DNA from: a virus | IMG/VR virus record: IMGVR_UViG_3300037189_026210 | Coordinates: 7,165 to 71,164 of that record | Length of the DNA: 64,000 bases | Strand: one strand, 5' to 3' | Shown: one piece after another, positions 18,601-27,138 of the stretch | How positions within the stretch are numbered: the first letter of the stretch is position 1 | How the letters are laid out: each line of letters begins with the position of its first letter | The notes under the pieces: generated by a model | Databases searched by the model: none | The model's input: only the letters and a program-made list of their open reading frames with translations | What the model was told of the DNA's origin: nothing | Program-made: the position numbers and the translations under genes

Positions 18601-20523
18601 GAATTTTCAATTTGCGATAACACAAGCGATTTAATTTTAAAATTAAATTTAAATAATAATTTTTCTATAAAAGACGTTCGATCAAAGAATTTGATAAGAG
18701 ATAATTTATTCATGCCAGTTTATGAAGATTTTAATTATGATTATTCCTATTGTTTGGGAGATGTAAATAATGGTGCTGAAACTGGAAATTTTTCAAATTG
18801 GGCAAATTCTGCAATTGAAAATAATTATTCATTTATTAATTGTGTTAATATAGTTAGTTGCGAAGATTTAAATTTTGTAAACAATAAGCCTATATTGCAA
18901 CAGATATGTATAAATTTTGACGAGAATAGATTTAATACTAGTTCCTTATCTTTAAATAAAGACAAAAAATCATCAGAAAATTTCTACACAATAAAATCTA
19001 CGGAAGAAAAATCATTTTTTTATAAAGGATTGGAGTTTAAGTATTTTCCAGTCTTGAAGGTTATTTACGATAATTTAATATTTGAAGTCCCAGATAAATG
19101 CGTAAATATTTGTTTAAGTGGAATTTATTGTTCTATAAATTTTAATTTTCCAATTTCGGCTTTAAATGATAGTAAAATAGTTATTAATTCTGATTATGAA
19201 ACAATTGAATTTGTTTGCTATAATAATTTATATTTACAATATCCATTATTTTCTTTAAATTTAGTTTGTCAAAATTGTAATAATTTAAGTTATACTATTC
19301 CTAAAATTATAAGTGAAAATTTATGTAATTACGAATCCCCCAATGCCAATATAAATGTTGATTTTGATATTACGCTTCAAAAAAGTATTTCTTTAAATAT
19401 TAATCCATACGCAGACTTCACATACAATGATCCAAATTATGGATTAACAAATTTATTATTTTTAATTTCTTCCGAGATAAATAGTGGCATAGCAAATCAA
19501 CGCCAATATTCTTTTTATGATACTTCTAATCCAACAGTTGAAAATGGTGGGTTAATTGATGATGGATATGAAACTGGTGGATATATTTATAATTCAAGTT
19601 GGAGTGGAGTTTTATCTCCTTCTACTGGTTTTGGCTATAAGGATATTGATTATAATTTTTTAATGATAGATTTATGGGATGAGATTACTCTTTGTTCATT
19701 TCAAACTCCAAGTGGAGATGGATGTTTTTTAATAGATGAAAAAATATCTTTTGAAAAAATTAATTTAAATACAATTATTCCGTACAAATCTTTTTCTGGT
19801 GCTGGGTATAATTACCTTATACCAATCTCAAACTGCCTAACTTATGTTGATCAAACTGAATTCATGGAAACTGGATTGACATATAATTGCTTTACGTGTT
19901 TTAATAATTTAAATTATTTAAAATTTAATCATGTTTTTGAAAGTGGCGCTACTGGTTATGTATCAATAATAGATATTAGTGGAGAAGTTATTTGTTGTTG
20001 TGTGGATTTTTTAAAAAAATCAATATTTAATTATGATTTAGGTAACTATAATATTAGATTTGACTGTTCTGACATTTCTCAATCTACTGGTGATAGACTT
20101 GTGTGCATAAATAAATTCTATGGATTTTCTGGAGTTCAACCTATTTGCATATATTCAAACTACCCACTTTCGGAAATGAAATCTCCAATAGTTTCAAAAA
20201 ATTTAAATCCGTATGAATACGATGGATTTTCAAGCAATGTTTCTGGGTATTATTATTATTTTTATTCTGTAAACGAACAAAAAGAAACAAACTTAAAATT
20301 TGTTTCTCCAGATTGTACTTGTTTCAGTCAAGCGCTCTGGTTTGATTTTGAATACGAAAAGAATATAAATTTATTTGAATCTAATTTAAACAATGGAATG
20401 ATTCAAGAAAATACAAGTTTAATAAAATTTAATATAAAACCACTGTTAAATGAAAATCCTTTATTTTATGATGAAAGTTCAATTAAACAGTATATTTGTT
20501 TTTGTGTAGGAGGTTATTTATAA
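15700..20523 (+). CDS. large Cys/Asn-rich tail-associated protein with LamG/concanavalin-like domains
   Basis: 1607 aa; LamG motifs FTFETWFK, FTIEFF, FKHIAIS..IKIFVDG, GSISNFRIIK, WNHYALT..MYLNG. Confidence 0.7.
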   Translation: MAEPFHKLNIDWDFDEESKSLLFNPVVKSTGNDLFFSFCDSMKSFYEVSGCSYFNIYVNEIYQNNPIFINGVTKPFIYIKNIGSSDAIFIASNSGLSGDFFNYNNSKISGIVNSSCCNYIISPNQSFVLTIHGNVDGSNYFSSGYYPFGFYYNFNNITGINLNSEFPACTFNSKNIFLYEELSGVNYNFIDTGSCNLNIENCLNLSFDKPISGSGESLFLKNNSYLLSECSNLFNASCECFTFETWFKAKNNFSQNCIDVAGLFDLHYLNLLSIDKFGSLSAGTCSVSGKNGYCYYSNQNFICFGFEAGGVISTGQLDGKFSLDSSEFTIEFFTQLRSSPSPDNHSLISMSGLELNLYSNNPSWPSFLIGDNCYYFTSCEIANHIGIGSDFKHIAISKYSDCIKIFVDGCTIFQTGYTGILNFTGDYLNLGSSASSCWLAGSISNFRIIKNKGLYKKDFFNCKVTMPLGGYFCGVFGGNCYIDNVFYQEAGAFPTGEVIGYSGVAFFRNCSLDNLFLNTGNWFNELDLPICQIPTGNYSCIYICNETVRSYAPLCFQNLFLINSCFCNLANFSYGNILAIGNSEIERVDNCGDVTLCDNSCISLSNIWGYSLNIYQDSVANSNNCLAGEAKLIASGFSGSRFQLYCGSYQYVCYINGNGGVACCFAERYNFIKLNNNECVAFLGLTGSNYDSGFRQGITGVLNPNANIFEPIASPVFTEFDIFNFISETGLVKNNEWNHYALTVSGLSGNMYLNGCKVLGPCEIYKTPIMNDSRFILNCSVYYNTEEEYFYGLVNNLKYIKDCILYTGNFLINSCFTTGDFFAPITFTCENYSDLFIKSNSFDSFVDNCANLKIKTSGVNEIIESGLSLFSSYGCNCFHSNIKINKILLYLNNELQCSYEQQFPSNLVETVINSNLNYKIVYYPEFICNKVYNFKYLRSGTEGDSCQSICKNNLNEINLNLSVNCLNEFSICDNTSDLILKLNLNNNFSIKDVRSKNLIRDNLFMPVYEDFNYDYSYCLGDVNNGAETGNFSNWANSAIENNYSFINCVNIVSCEDLNFVNNKPILQQICINFDENRFNTSSLSLNKDKKSSENFYTIKSTEEKSFFYKGLEFKYFPVLKVIYDNLIFEVPDKCVNICLSGIYCSINFNFPISALNDSKIVINSDYETIEFVCYNNLYLQYPLFSLNLVCQNCNNLSYTIPKIISENLCNYESPNANINVDFDITLQKSISLNINPYADFTYNDPNYGLTNLLFLISSEINSGIANQRQYSFYDTSNPTVENGGLIDDGYETGGYIYNSSWSGVLSPSTGFGYKDIDYNFLMIDLWDEITLCSFQTPSGDGCFLIDEKISFEKINLNTIIPYKSFSGAGYNYLIPISNCLTYVDQTEFMETGLTYNCFTCFNNLNYLKFNHVFESGATGYVSIIDISGEVICCCVDFLKKSIFNYDLGNYNIRFDCSDISQSTGDRLVCINKFYGFSGVQPICIYSNYPLSEMKSPIVSKNLNPYEYDGFSSNVSGYYYYFYSVNEQKETNLKFVSPDCTCFSQALWFDFEYEKNINLFESNLNNGMIQENTSLIKFNIKPLLNENPLFYDESSIKQYICFCVGGYL

Positions 20524-21707
20524 TGAAATTAAAAAGCGATTCAGTTATATTTGCCGTTGTTGATGATTTAAGTTTGGATAATCATGAATATTTGACATAC
20601 ATTCAATCTTTAGAATTGCAAAGTTCAATAAATAGAAATTTCCAAAAATCCGTCGGAAGCAGTCTGTCGGATCAAGTTATGTTTGTAAATCCAGAAATAG
20701 TTTTAAATATTTCTTATTTATACAGAACTGATTTTTTTAATGAAAAAATGTTTAAGTTTTTTATTAGAAATAATAGAGTGGATGCTAAATCCATCCTATG
20801 GAACATGGTGACAAATTCTTCTATAAAATCTGCTTTTTTAATTTTTTCAGAAAAAGAGGGTTCTTCGATTATTTCCGATATCCTTCATCCAACTGGAGGA
20901 TTTAATGAAAATATGATTGGAATTTATTTAGAAAATTTATTTATAAATTCTTATTCGTTTTCATTTTCAATAGGAAAAATACCATCCGTTAATGTTTCAT
21001 TAAGTGTAGATGATTTAAAAATTTCAAATATTAGTAAACAAGCAACTACTTTTTATGTGAATAAGTTAACCAGTGCAAGACTTCAACTATTAAAAGAAAA
21101 AGTAAACAACTTATATTATAGAACGAGTTCTGAAACACAAAATTTCACAAGCAGCTTACTAAATTTAAAAAATATTTCAATAATAAACAATAAAATAAAT
21201 GAGACTCAAGCTCCAGTTATAGATTTAACAAATTTCTTATCTGGAAATATAACTGATTTAAATATTTCTATAGATTTTGGACGTAATAAATTTTATTTTT
21301 TTGAAAAAGGAAACAAGGCAACAAATAGAGAATTCATACTACCATGCAAGGGCTCTTTAGAGTTTTCTGGAATTAGTGCGAACTTTACAAAAAAACAATT
21401 GGACGACTTTACGAAAAACGACAAGAAATTTTCATTAGAATTAACTGTTGGAGTTGAAAAAGGGAATTTTGATTACGCCGTAATAATGATTTCAAACATT
21501 ATTTTAGAAGATTTTTCCTATTCAATTGATATTAATAATTTTATAACATATTCAGTTAAATGTCTATTTGAAATTAATGAAACAGGTGGTTTTATCATTG
21601 ATCAATATAAAATTCAAGGAAATTTAAACATTCCGAATAGCGCATTTTCATCAGAAGGTGTTGTATTGAAGGTTGCAGAAACAAATCAAACAATAAATTT
21701 TATATAG
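20523..21707 (+). CDS. tail tube-like protein (paralogue of 2329..3507)
   Basis: likely start ATG 20523 (TAATG overlap, GGAGG upstream); YIQSLELQSSINR, NPEIVLNISY, FNEKMFKF, FINSYSFSFSIGKIPSVNVS are colinear with the tube protein; similar length. Confidence 0.65.
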   Translation: MKLKSDSVIFAVVDDLSLDNHEYLTYIQSLELQSSINRNFQKSVGSSLSDQVMFVNPEIVLNISYLYRTDFFNEKMFKFFIRNNRVDAKSILWNMVTNSSIKSAFLIFSEKEGSSIISDILHPTGGFNENMIGIYLENLFINSYSFSFSIGKIPSVNVSLSVDDLKISNISKQATTFYVNKLTSARLQLLKEKVNNLYYRTSSETQNFTSSLLNLKNISIINNKINETQAPVIDLTNFLSGNITDLNISIDFGRNKFYFFEKGNKATNREFILPCKGSLEFSGISANFTKKQLDDFTKNDKKFSLELTVGVEKGNFDYAVIMISNIILEDFSYSIDINNFITYSVKCLFEINETGGFIIDQYKIQGNLNIPNSAFSSEGVVLKVAETNQTINFI

Positions 21708-22097
21708 TTAAAGTTCTATTTTGACATTTTTTGTTTCGAAGGTTTTTTTGAATGTATCTGGATGTTTTGCGCCTCTTCTATTTTTGCTATATTCTTTATA
21801 ATAATTTTGTTTAACTGGATCTACGCCACCCATTACAGAGGCTCTTTTCTCGCTCAATTCCTTGCTGTAATCTAGCATATTTCCATAAGTTCCTTTTTTA
21901 GATTTTGTTCTATCTAAGAAATCATTTGTACTAAATGGATCTTGTTTTGTATCAATTGATGCTTGAGGTATTGTGAAAATTCTTTTCCAACTTTTTTCAC
22001 TTCCCTTTTCGCCATTATATTCATGGACTTCGTTCATTGATTGGAGAATTTCTCTAATTTCTCCAGTTTTTTCATTTTGATAAAGATACAATGGCAT
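21708..22097 (-). CDS. FmdB-like small protein (Cys-less)
   Basis: MPLYLYQNEKTGEIREILQSM resembles the FmdB-family MPxYxYxC N-terminus but lacks the cysteines. Confidence 0.45.
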   Translation of the reverse strand: MPLYLYQNEKTGEIREILQSMNEVHEYNGEKGSEKSWKRIFTIPQASIDTKQDPFSTNDFLDRTKSKKGTYGNMLDYSKELSEKRASVMGGVDPVKQNYYKEYSKNRRGAKHPDTFKKTFETKNVKIEL

Positions 22098-22110
22098 AGC
22101 TATTATAAAA

Positions 22111-22140
22111 AGAAAACCCGTCGATTTCGACGGGTTTCTT
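22111..22140. terminator. intrinsic terminator, bidirectional
   Basis: AAACCCGTCGA-TT-TCGACGGGTTT inverted repeat flanked by A/T tracts, downstream of sHSP gene. Confidence 0.85.
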
Positions 22141-22162
22141 ATTTTTTTATTTTTTAGATTGA

Positions 22163-22519
22163 TTAATCAAGATCAATTTGAATTGTCTTATTATTTGTGC
22201 TGCAGCTAATTGTCAAAATGCCATTCTTTAGCGAAGCCTTGATTGAAGATTCGTCAACGGTAGAGCTTAAAGTTTCTGAAATTTTCAGAATTCCAAATTC
22301 TTTATTTTCAGCTTTAATGTTTAGAATTTTTTTACCGTGATGCCCTTTGTCAATACTGAGCTTAATTTCTGGCTTTTCATATCCAGGTACTCTAAATTTA
22401 ATTTTAGAAATACCATTTTCATCAGCGTATCCTTGACTTGCTAATGTAGACAATGAATTTGAGTTTAGATTGCTTTTTAATCCAAAAGCTTGATTAATTA
22501 TTTCGTCTGTTAAATACAT
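22163..22519 (-). CDS. small heat shock protein (Hsp20/alpha-crystallin)
   Basis: FRVPGYEKPEIKLSID...VDESSIKASLKNGILTI. Confidence 0.85.
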   Translation of the reverse strand: MYLTDEIINQAFGLKSNLNSNSLSTLASQGYADENGISKIKFRVPGYEKPEIKLSIDKGHHGKKILNIKAENKEFGILKISETLSSTVDESSIKASLKNGILTISCSTNNKTIQIDLD

Positions 22520-22540
22520 ATAATTTTATTTAAGCAAATG

Positions 22541-23605
22541 CTATGCCAACCCAATTATGCTTAAAATTTCATCAGTAGCACGTTTATATGTGAAAGTTTG
22601 TCCCAGTAATGAGCCATGAGAATTAATTTGTCCCACTTTTGTCTCAGCAATTTCCATTGCTGAAATGAGATTTTGCTCATCAAAAGTTAAAAATGTTCCT
22701 TGATTAAAAGCTGCTCCATTTTTAAAAAACATTCCATCTTCCGAATCTTGCTCTCCATTTGGCTCAACAAGAATACAATTATCTTCATTGGCCCACTCTT
22801 TATGCGCAGTGCCATTTAAAACAATACTCCACTTCCCAAGGCATGTAGCATTAAATGCTGGTAAATTCCAACCTTCTCCACCACTCATTCCAGTTAAATC
22901 AATATCAATAGCATTTAACACTTCGTTCATTTCTTTATTTGTCTTAAGCCAAGGAATAAAGTTAATGTTTGAATAATGCCTCCCTTCTAAGCATGAAGCG
23001 ATAATTTGCTGCATACCTTCTGGTTTAACAAACGGATTTGTAATACAACAAGAAAGTAAATATTTATTATTATTTCCATATTTTTTTAACCATATTTTTA
23101 TTAACTTTTCTGTATGTTTTCTTTTTTCAAACTTTCCAAAAAGTCCAAAATGAACAACATTTTCTAAGTATTTTCTACCAGTAATATGGAAATCTTCATC
23201 AAAACCAAGTTTAAACGTATCTTTAGTTTCAAATAAATCTGAAGCATGTCTTGAGGAGAAGATTGTTTTATTTTGTAATTTCGCAATTATTTTTTCAATT
23301 TCCGTTGGTTTATTGCTTTCGTAAAATGTTAATAAATATTGCTCTCTTGAACGCAATGAATCAGATCCATTTAAATGCCAAAGCTTTAACGTTTTTAAGT
23401 TTTGTCCAAGAGCTTCATAGCGTCTGTTACCAGCTTCATTAAGCCATTGCATAAATTCTTGCGTTGGCTGCATTGCAGATAAATCAGGTTCTCCAATTGG
23501 AAAATAAGCAATTTTACGTCCAGCTTTAAAAAGTTCTCTTAATATGTTGTAAGAGACATTTCCAAAACTTAAAGAATTAAGTGGCGCTTCTACTATTAAA
23601 TCCAT
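22541..23605 (-). CDS. glycosyltransferase, GT-B fold (GT4-like)
   Basis: GKFEKRKH and SGGEGWNLPAFNATCLG (EG(F/W)xLP-type donor-binding motif). Confidence 0.75.
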   Translation of the reverse strand: MDLIVEAPLNSLSFGNVSYNILRELFKAGRKIAYFPIGEPDLSAMQPTQEFMQWLNEAGNRRYEALGQNLKTLKLWHLNGSDSLRSREQYLLTFYESNKPTEIEKIIAKLQNKTIFSSRHASDLFETKDTFKLGFDEDFHITGRKYLENVVHFGLFGKFEKRKHTEKLIKIWLKKYGNNNKYLLSCCITNPFVKPEGMQQIIASCLEGRHYSNINFIPWLKTNKEMNEVLNAIDIDLTGMSGGEGWNLPAFNATCLGKWSIVLNGTAHKEWANEDNCILVEPNGEQDSEDGMFFKNGAAFNQGTFLTFDEQNLISAMEIAETKVGQINSHGSLLGQTFTYKRATDEILSIIGLA

Positions 23606-23607
23606 AA

Positions 23608-24003
23608 TTAAAATGGGACTTCTGAATCATCTTCTACTGATTTTTGTTTTGTTGGCTTGCTTTCTTCTTTAGTAGAATTTTGCTCTCCTTTTTCTGCTTT
23701 AGATCCAACGTTAGAAAATCTAATTTCTTGAGCTTTTACAAAAATTTTAGTTTCTTTTTTTCCATCCTTTTCCCAAGAATCCATGCACAATCTTCCATCA
23801 ACAATAATTCCAGATCCTTTTTTAAGCCATTTGCTTGCAAAATTAGCTTGATCGCCCCAAGCTTCACAATCAATATATACTGTATTTTTTTCTCTAAATG
23901 GATCATCAATAGCCAATCTTAATTTTGCCACAGATGAATCTTTCAATTGTTTAATCTCCACATCTTTAACGACGTTACCTATTAATATTACTTTGTTATA
24001 CAT
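23608..24003 (-). CDS. ssb: single-stranded DNA-binding protein
   Basis: NKVILIGNVVKD, YIDCEAWG, KKGSGIIVDGRL, acidic tail DDSEVPF. Confidence 0.95.
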   Translation of the reverse strand: MYNKVILIGNVVKDVEIKQLKDSSVAKLRLAIDDPFREKNTVYIDCEAWGDQANFASKWLKKGSGIIVDGRLCMDSWEKDGKKETKIFVKAQEIRFSNVGSKAEKGEQNSTKEESKPTKQKSVEDDSEVPF

Positions 24004-24571
24004 AGTTTATTTCTTTCTTTACTTCTTCTAAAAATTTATTGTGGATGTTTATACATCCTTGAATGCTAATGTCAATCTCTTTTGCAATTTTTTTCCAAGA
24101 CATGGTTTTATTTCCGTTTCCTATTTTATATCTTAATGATAAAATTTTATGAATTCTTTTATCTGGATTTTCTTTTGCAATTTCAAAAATTTTATTTAGT
24201 ATTTCTTTTGATGAAATTTCATTAGTTTTATCAGATTCAGAAAATCTAAAGTCTTCTTTATATTCTTCGATATCGTTATATTGATATTTTATCCCCCTAT
24301 TGAATAAATTCAAACACTTCCATCTAGTTTCATTTCCAAGGTATGTTGAAAATTTTGCTTTTTTATTTGGATCAAAGTTTAATATTGCTTTATATATCGA
24401 TATAAACTTGTCTTCTATTAAATCATTTTTATCAAGAAAGGTGCAGTTATTAGGTATAACTGAATTTACCATTTCTAAATAAATTCCAGAATGTCTTTCA
24501 ATCAAAAGATTTAGACTGTTTGTGTCATTTTCTTTTTTTACTTTTTCTATTAAATTTAAATCGCTTTCCAT
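23996..24571 (-). CDS. phage RNA polymerase sigma factor (sigma70 regions 2 and 4)
   Basis: AILNFDPNKKAKFSTYL (region 2) and ILSLRY...MSWKKIAKEIDIS (region 4 HTH). Confidence 0.85.
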   Translation of the reverse strand: MESDLNLIEKVKKENDTNSLNLLIERHSGIYLEMVNSVIPNNCTFLDKNDLIEDKFISIYKAILNFDPNKKAKFSTYLGNETRWKCLNLFNRGIKYQYNDIEEYKEDFRFSESDKTNEISSKEILNKIFEIAKENPDKRIHKILSLRYKIGNGNKTMSWKKIAKEIDISIQGCINIHNKFLEEVKKEINYV

Positions 24572-25143
24572 GATTGTAGTTTTCGAGTTAGATCTTCACA
24601 GCTACAAATAAGCGATTCAACAATCTGATCTATTGTTTCTTCATCTACGATTCCATTATTTTCGATTGTTTGCCAAGTCATTTTAAGAGAAGCTAAACTA
24701 GCAACTTTAGGATTATTTTCCGCTTCTTGTTCATTCGGAGCTTCGACATAAAAATTTTCTTTTATTTGTCGAGTTATATGGATTAAAAATCCATCGTTAT
24801 CAATAATCCATTTTGCTTCATTTTCATAACGAACATCAGTAATTATTGTTAGTTTATTTTTTAAGTTTTTTTCAATTTGTTTTATCCAATAATTTGGATC
24901 TTGATTTCTTTTTGACTCTCCATATGCAACCAACATCGGTCGTATCAATATTTTTTCAGAATCTTTTTTTGTGAATGCTGAAATATTAAATTTTTTTAAA
25001 AGAAATTCATCTATATCAAATTTTAAAACATTTGCAAAAGCATCTATGCTTGATTCAATTTTAAAATTTTTTAAAATTCTTTGCAACGACAAGCCAAAGG
25101 TGTCTTTTCCACTCCTTGCATAGCCAGAAATTCCAATAATCAT
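24556..25143 (-). CDS. deoxynucleoside monophosphate kinase
   Basis: likely start 25143; IIGISGYARSGKDT P-loop, AFANVLK, IITDVRYENE. Confidence 0.85.
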   Translation of the reverse strand: MIIGISGYARSGKDTFGLSLQRILKNFKIESSIDAFANVLKFDIDEFLLKKFNISAFTKKDSEKILIRPMLVAYGESKRNQDPNYWIKQIEKNLKNKLTIITDVRYENEAKWIIDNDGFLIHITRQIKENFYVEAPNEQEAENNPKVASLASLKMTWQTIENNGIVDEETIDQIVESLICSCEDLTRKLQSWKAI

Positions 25144-25144
25144 T

Positions 25145-25660
25145 TTATTTTCCAGTGCTCCCGAAACCACCTCTACCAGTTTCCATTAATTGTTCCACAT
25201 ATTGAATATCTAAATTTAAATTTTTACTAAAAACTAGCTGGCAGATTTTATCTCCTATTTTATATATCTTTTCCATATCGGGTTTTATGTAAAATTTGTC
25301 ATATAAAACAACAATGTCATTCGGCTGATAAATATATTTAAATCTGCATTTAATTGACTCCCTCCATTCGGGATCTATTAATCCAATTCCATTTGCTAGA
25401 ATTAAATTTTTATTGCTTATGCTAGATCTGGGAAAGATCATTGTGAATATATCCTCTTCACCATTCTTCTGAATAGTGTCAAGTTTTATTCCTGTATCAT
25501 ATTCAATATAATCAATGCTTGAATAACAATCGTTAAATTTAGATCCAACAATAATCGGGTCACTGACTGCTTTAACATCAAAGCCAATATCTCTTTGCCA
25601 CGTTTTCGTTTCTAGTTTAAAATTTTTCTGAATAAAAATTTTGTTTTTGTTATTGTTCAT
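25145..25660 (-). CDS. dut: trimeric dUTPase
   Basis: GFDV, FPRSSIS, NGIGLID, GDKICQL, RGGFGSTG motifs. Confidence 0.92.
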   Translation of the reverse strand: MNNNKNKIFIQKNFKLETKTWQRDIGFDVKAVSDPIIVGSKFNDCYSSIDYIEYDTGIKLDTIQKNGEEDIFTMIFPRSSISNKNLILANGIGLIDPEWRESIKCRFKYIYQPNDIVVLYDKFYIKPDMEKIYKIGDKICQLVFSKNLNLDIQYVEQLMETGRGGFGSTGK

Positions 25661-25952
25661 TTTCTTTTTTTTCTAAAAAATCCATTAATTTTATTGCCTC
25701 ATTATGAAAGCCAGCATCTGCTAAAATCATAGGAGTAAAAAAAGTTTGACTTTCAAAAACTTCATTTGTTAAGTCTTCTGTTATTTTTTTTATTAAAATC
25801 AAAGCTGCTAATCCTTTTTTTTCTGGTTCATTCATTGTTAATTCAAGGCTTTTTGAAGCTGCCGAAAGTTCATCCTCTGCAAGAACGACCCTTTGCCAAC
25901 TTGCAGTTTGACAAAGGAAAAAGCGCATTCCATCTGTAATTTCTCTTATCAC
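25650..25952 (-). CDS. hypothetical protein
   Basis: 100-aa ORF, first gene of minus-strand operon, sigma70-like promoter upstream. Confidence 0.6.
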   Translation of the reverse strand: MIREITDGMRFFLCQTASWQRVVLAEDELSAASKSLELTMNEPEKKGLAALILIKKITEDLTNEVFESQTFFTPMILADAGFHNEAIKLMDFLEKKENEQ

Positions 25953-25959
25953 TTTAAAG

Positions 25960-25987
25960 AAGATAATATTTTTTTTGGAAAAGTCAA
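25960..25987 (-). promoter_or_regulatory. sigma70-like promoter
   Basis: TTGACT-16 nt-TATCTT, 7 nt before GTG 25952. Confidence 0.5.
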
Positions 25988-25998
25988 TATATATTTTT

Positions 25999-26040
25999 GA
26001 TTTTCACGAAGTGGAAATCTTTCTGAGCAAAGCGAAGAAA
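25999..26040 (+). other. two adjacent DNA hairpins in divergent intergenic region
   Basis: GATTTTCAC-GAA-GTGGAAATC and TTTCT-GA-GC-AAA-GC-GA-AGAAA. Confidence 0.5.
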
Positions 26041-26125
26041 AGTTTGTGTGTCTTTAATATTTTAATAATAGGCTACACAAAAAGTCAAGCTTTTTTTTAA
26101 AAAAACTACAACTTGAAAAATAACG

Positions 26126-26153
26126 TTGACCGATACATTGTTTCGTGTAAAAT
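26126..26153 (+). promoter_or_regulatory. sigma70-like promoter overlapping GTGTAA motif, upstream of nrdB
   Basis: TTGACC-16 nt-TAAAAT; GTGTAA at 26145-26150. Confidence 0.6.
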
Positions 26154-26165
26154 TCTATCACAGCT

Positions 26166-27137
26166 ATGATTTTTAATGAACAAGTATCTCGCAAACCTAA
26201 TTTATATCCTTGGGCTGAAGAAGCAAAGCAAGCAATGCATAATGGTTTTTGGACCGATAAAGTTTTTACATTTGTTGCTGATGTTCAAGACTTTAAGTCT
26301 ACCTTAAACGATAAAGAAAGAGAGATTGTTGTTCGAACTCTTTCTGCTATCGGTCAAATTGAAGTTGCTGTAAAATCCTTTTGGGCCAAACTAGGAGAAA
26401 ATCTACCTCATCCATCACTTGCTGATCTCGGTTATGTGATGGCAAACGTTGAGGTTATTCACAACGATGCATACGAACGACTACTTTCAGTACTCGGTTT
26501 GGAAGATATTTTTGAGCAAAATCTAAAATTGGAATGGATTCAAGGAAGAGTTAAGTATTTAAAAAAGTATACCCATAAGTTTTATAAAGACAGCAAGAAG
26601 CAATATCTCTATGCTTTGATCCTTTTCACTCTGTTCGTAGAAAATGTATCTTTGTTTTCCCAATTCTATGTCATCAATTGGTTTAATCGTTTCAGGAATG
26701 TTTTACCAGACACTGACACTCAAGTAAAATACACTAGGAACGAAGAGACAATTCATGCTATGGTTGGCATGAAGCTAGTTAATACAATCAGAGAAGAATA
26801 TCCTGAACTTTTTGATTATGATTTTGAAATGAAGATCCTAGAAGAAGCTGAACAGGCATTCTTGGCTGAATCTAAAATTATTGATTGGATGGTTAATGGA
26901 ATTCAAGAAGAAAATCTTAGCGCTGATATTTTAAAGGAGTTCATAAAATCAAGAATAAATGACTCCTTAAAAGAAATAGGATTTAAGCAAATTTTCCGCT
27001 TAGATGAAAGTCTTATAGAGAAGACTTCGTGGTTCAAGGAAGAATTACTTGCAAACACATTAACTGATTTCTTTAAGAAAAGACCAACGGAATATTCCAA
27101 AAACAATCAATCATTCACAGAAGACGATCTATTTTAA
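26166..27137 (+). CDS. nrdB: ribonucleotide reductase class I beta subunit
   Basis: EVIHNDAY and NEETIHA diiron ligands, ENVSLFSQF, C-terminal DFFKKRPTEYSK...DDLF. Confidence 0.95.
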   Translation: MIFNEQVSRKPNLYPWAEEAKQAMHNGFWTDKVFTFVADVQDFKSTLNDKEREIVVRTLSAIGQIEVAVKSFWAKLGENLPHPSLADLGYVMANVEVIHNDAYERLLSVLGLEDIFEQNLKLEWIQGRVKYLKKYTHKFYKDSKKQYLYALILFTLFVENVSLFSQFYVINWFNRFRNVLPDTDTQVKYTRNEETIHAMVGMKLVNTIREEYPELFDYDFEMKILEEAEQAFLAESKIIDWMVNGIQEENLSADILKEFIKSRINDSLKEIGFKQIFRLDESLIEKTSWFKEELLANTLTDFFKKRPTEYSKNNQSFTEDDLF

Positions 27138-27138
27138 T

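Noticed and set aside
25953-26165. tRNA in the intergenic gap
   Set aside because: No cloverleaf, T-loop GTTC or acceptor stem identifiable
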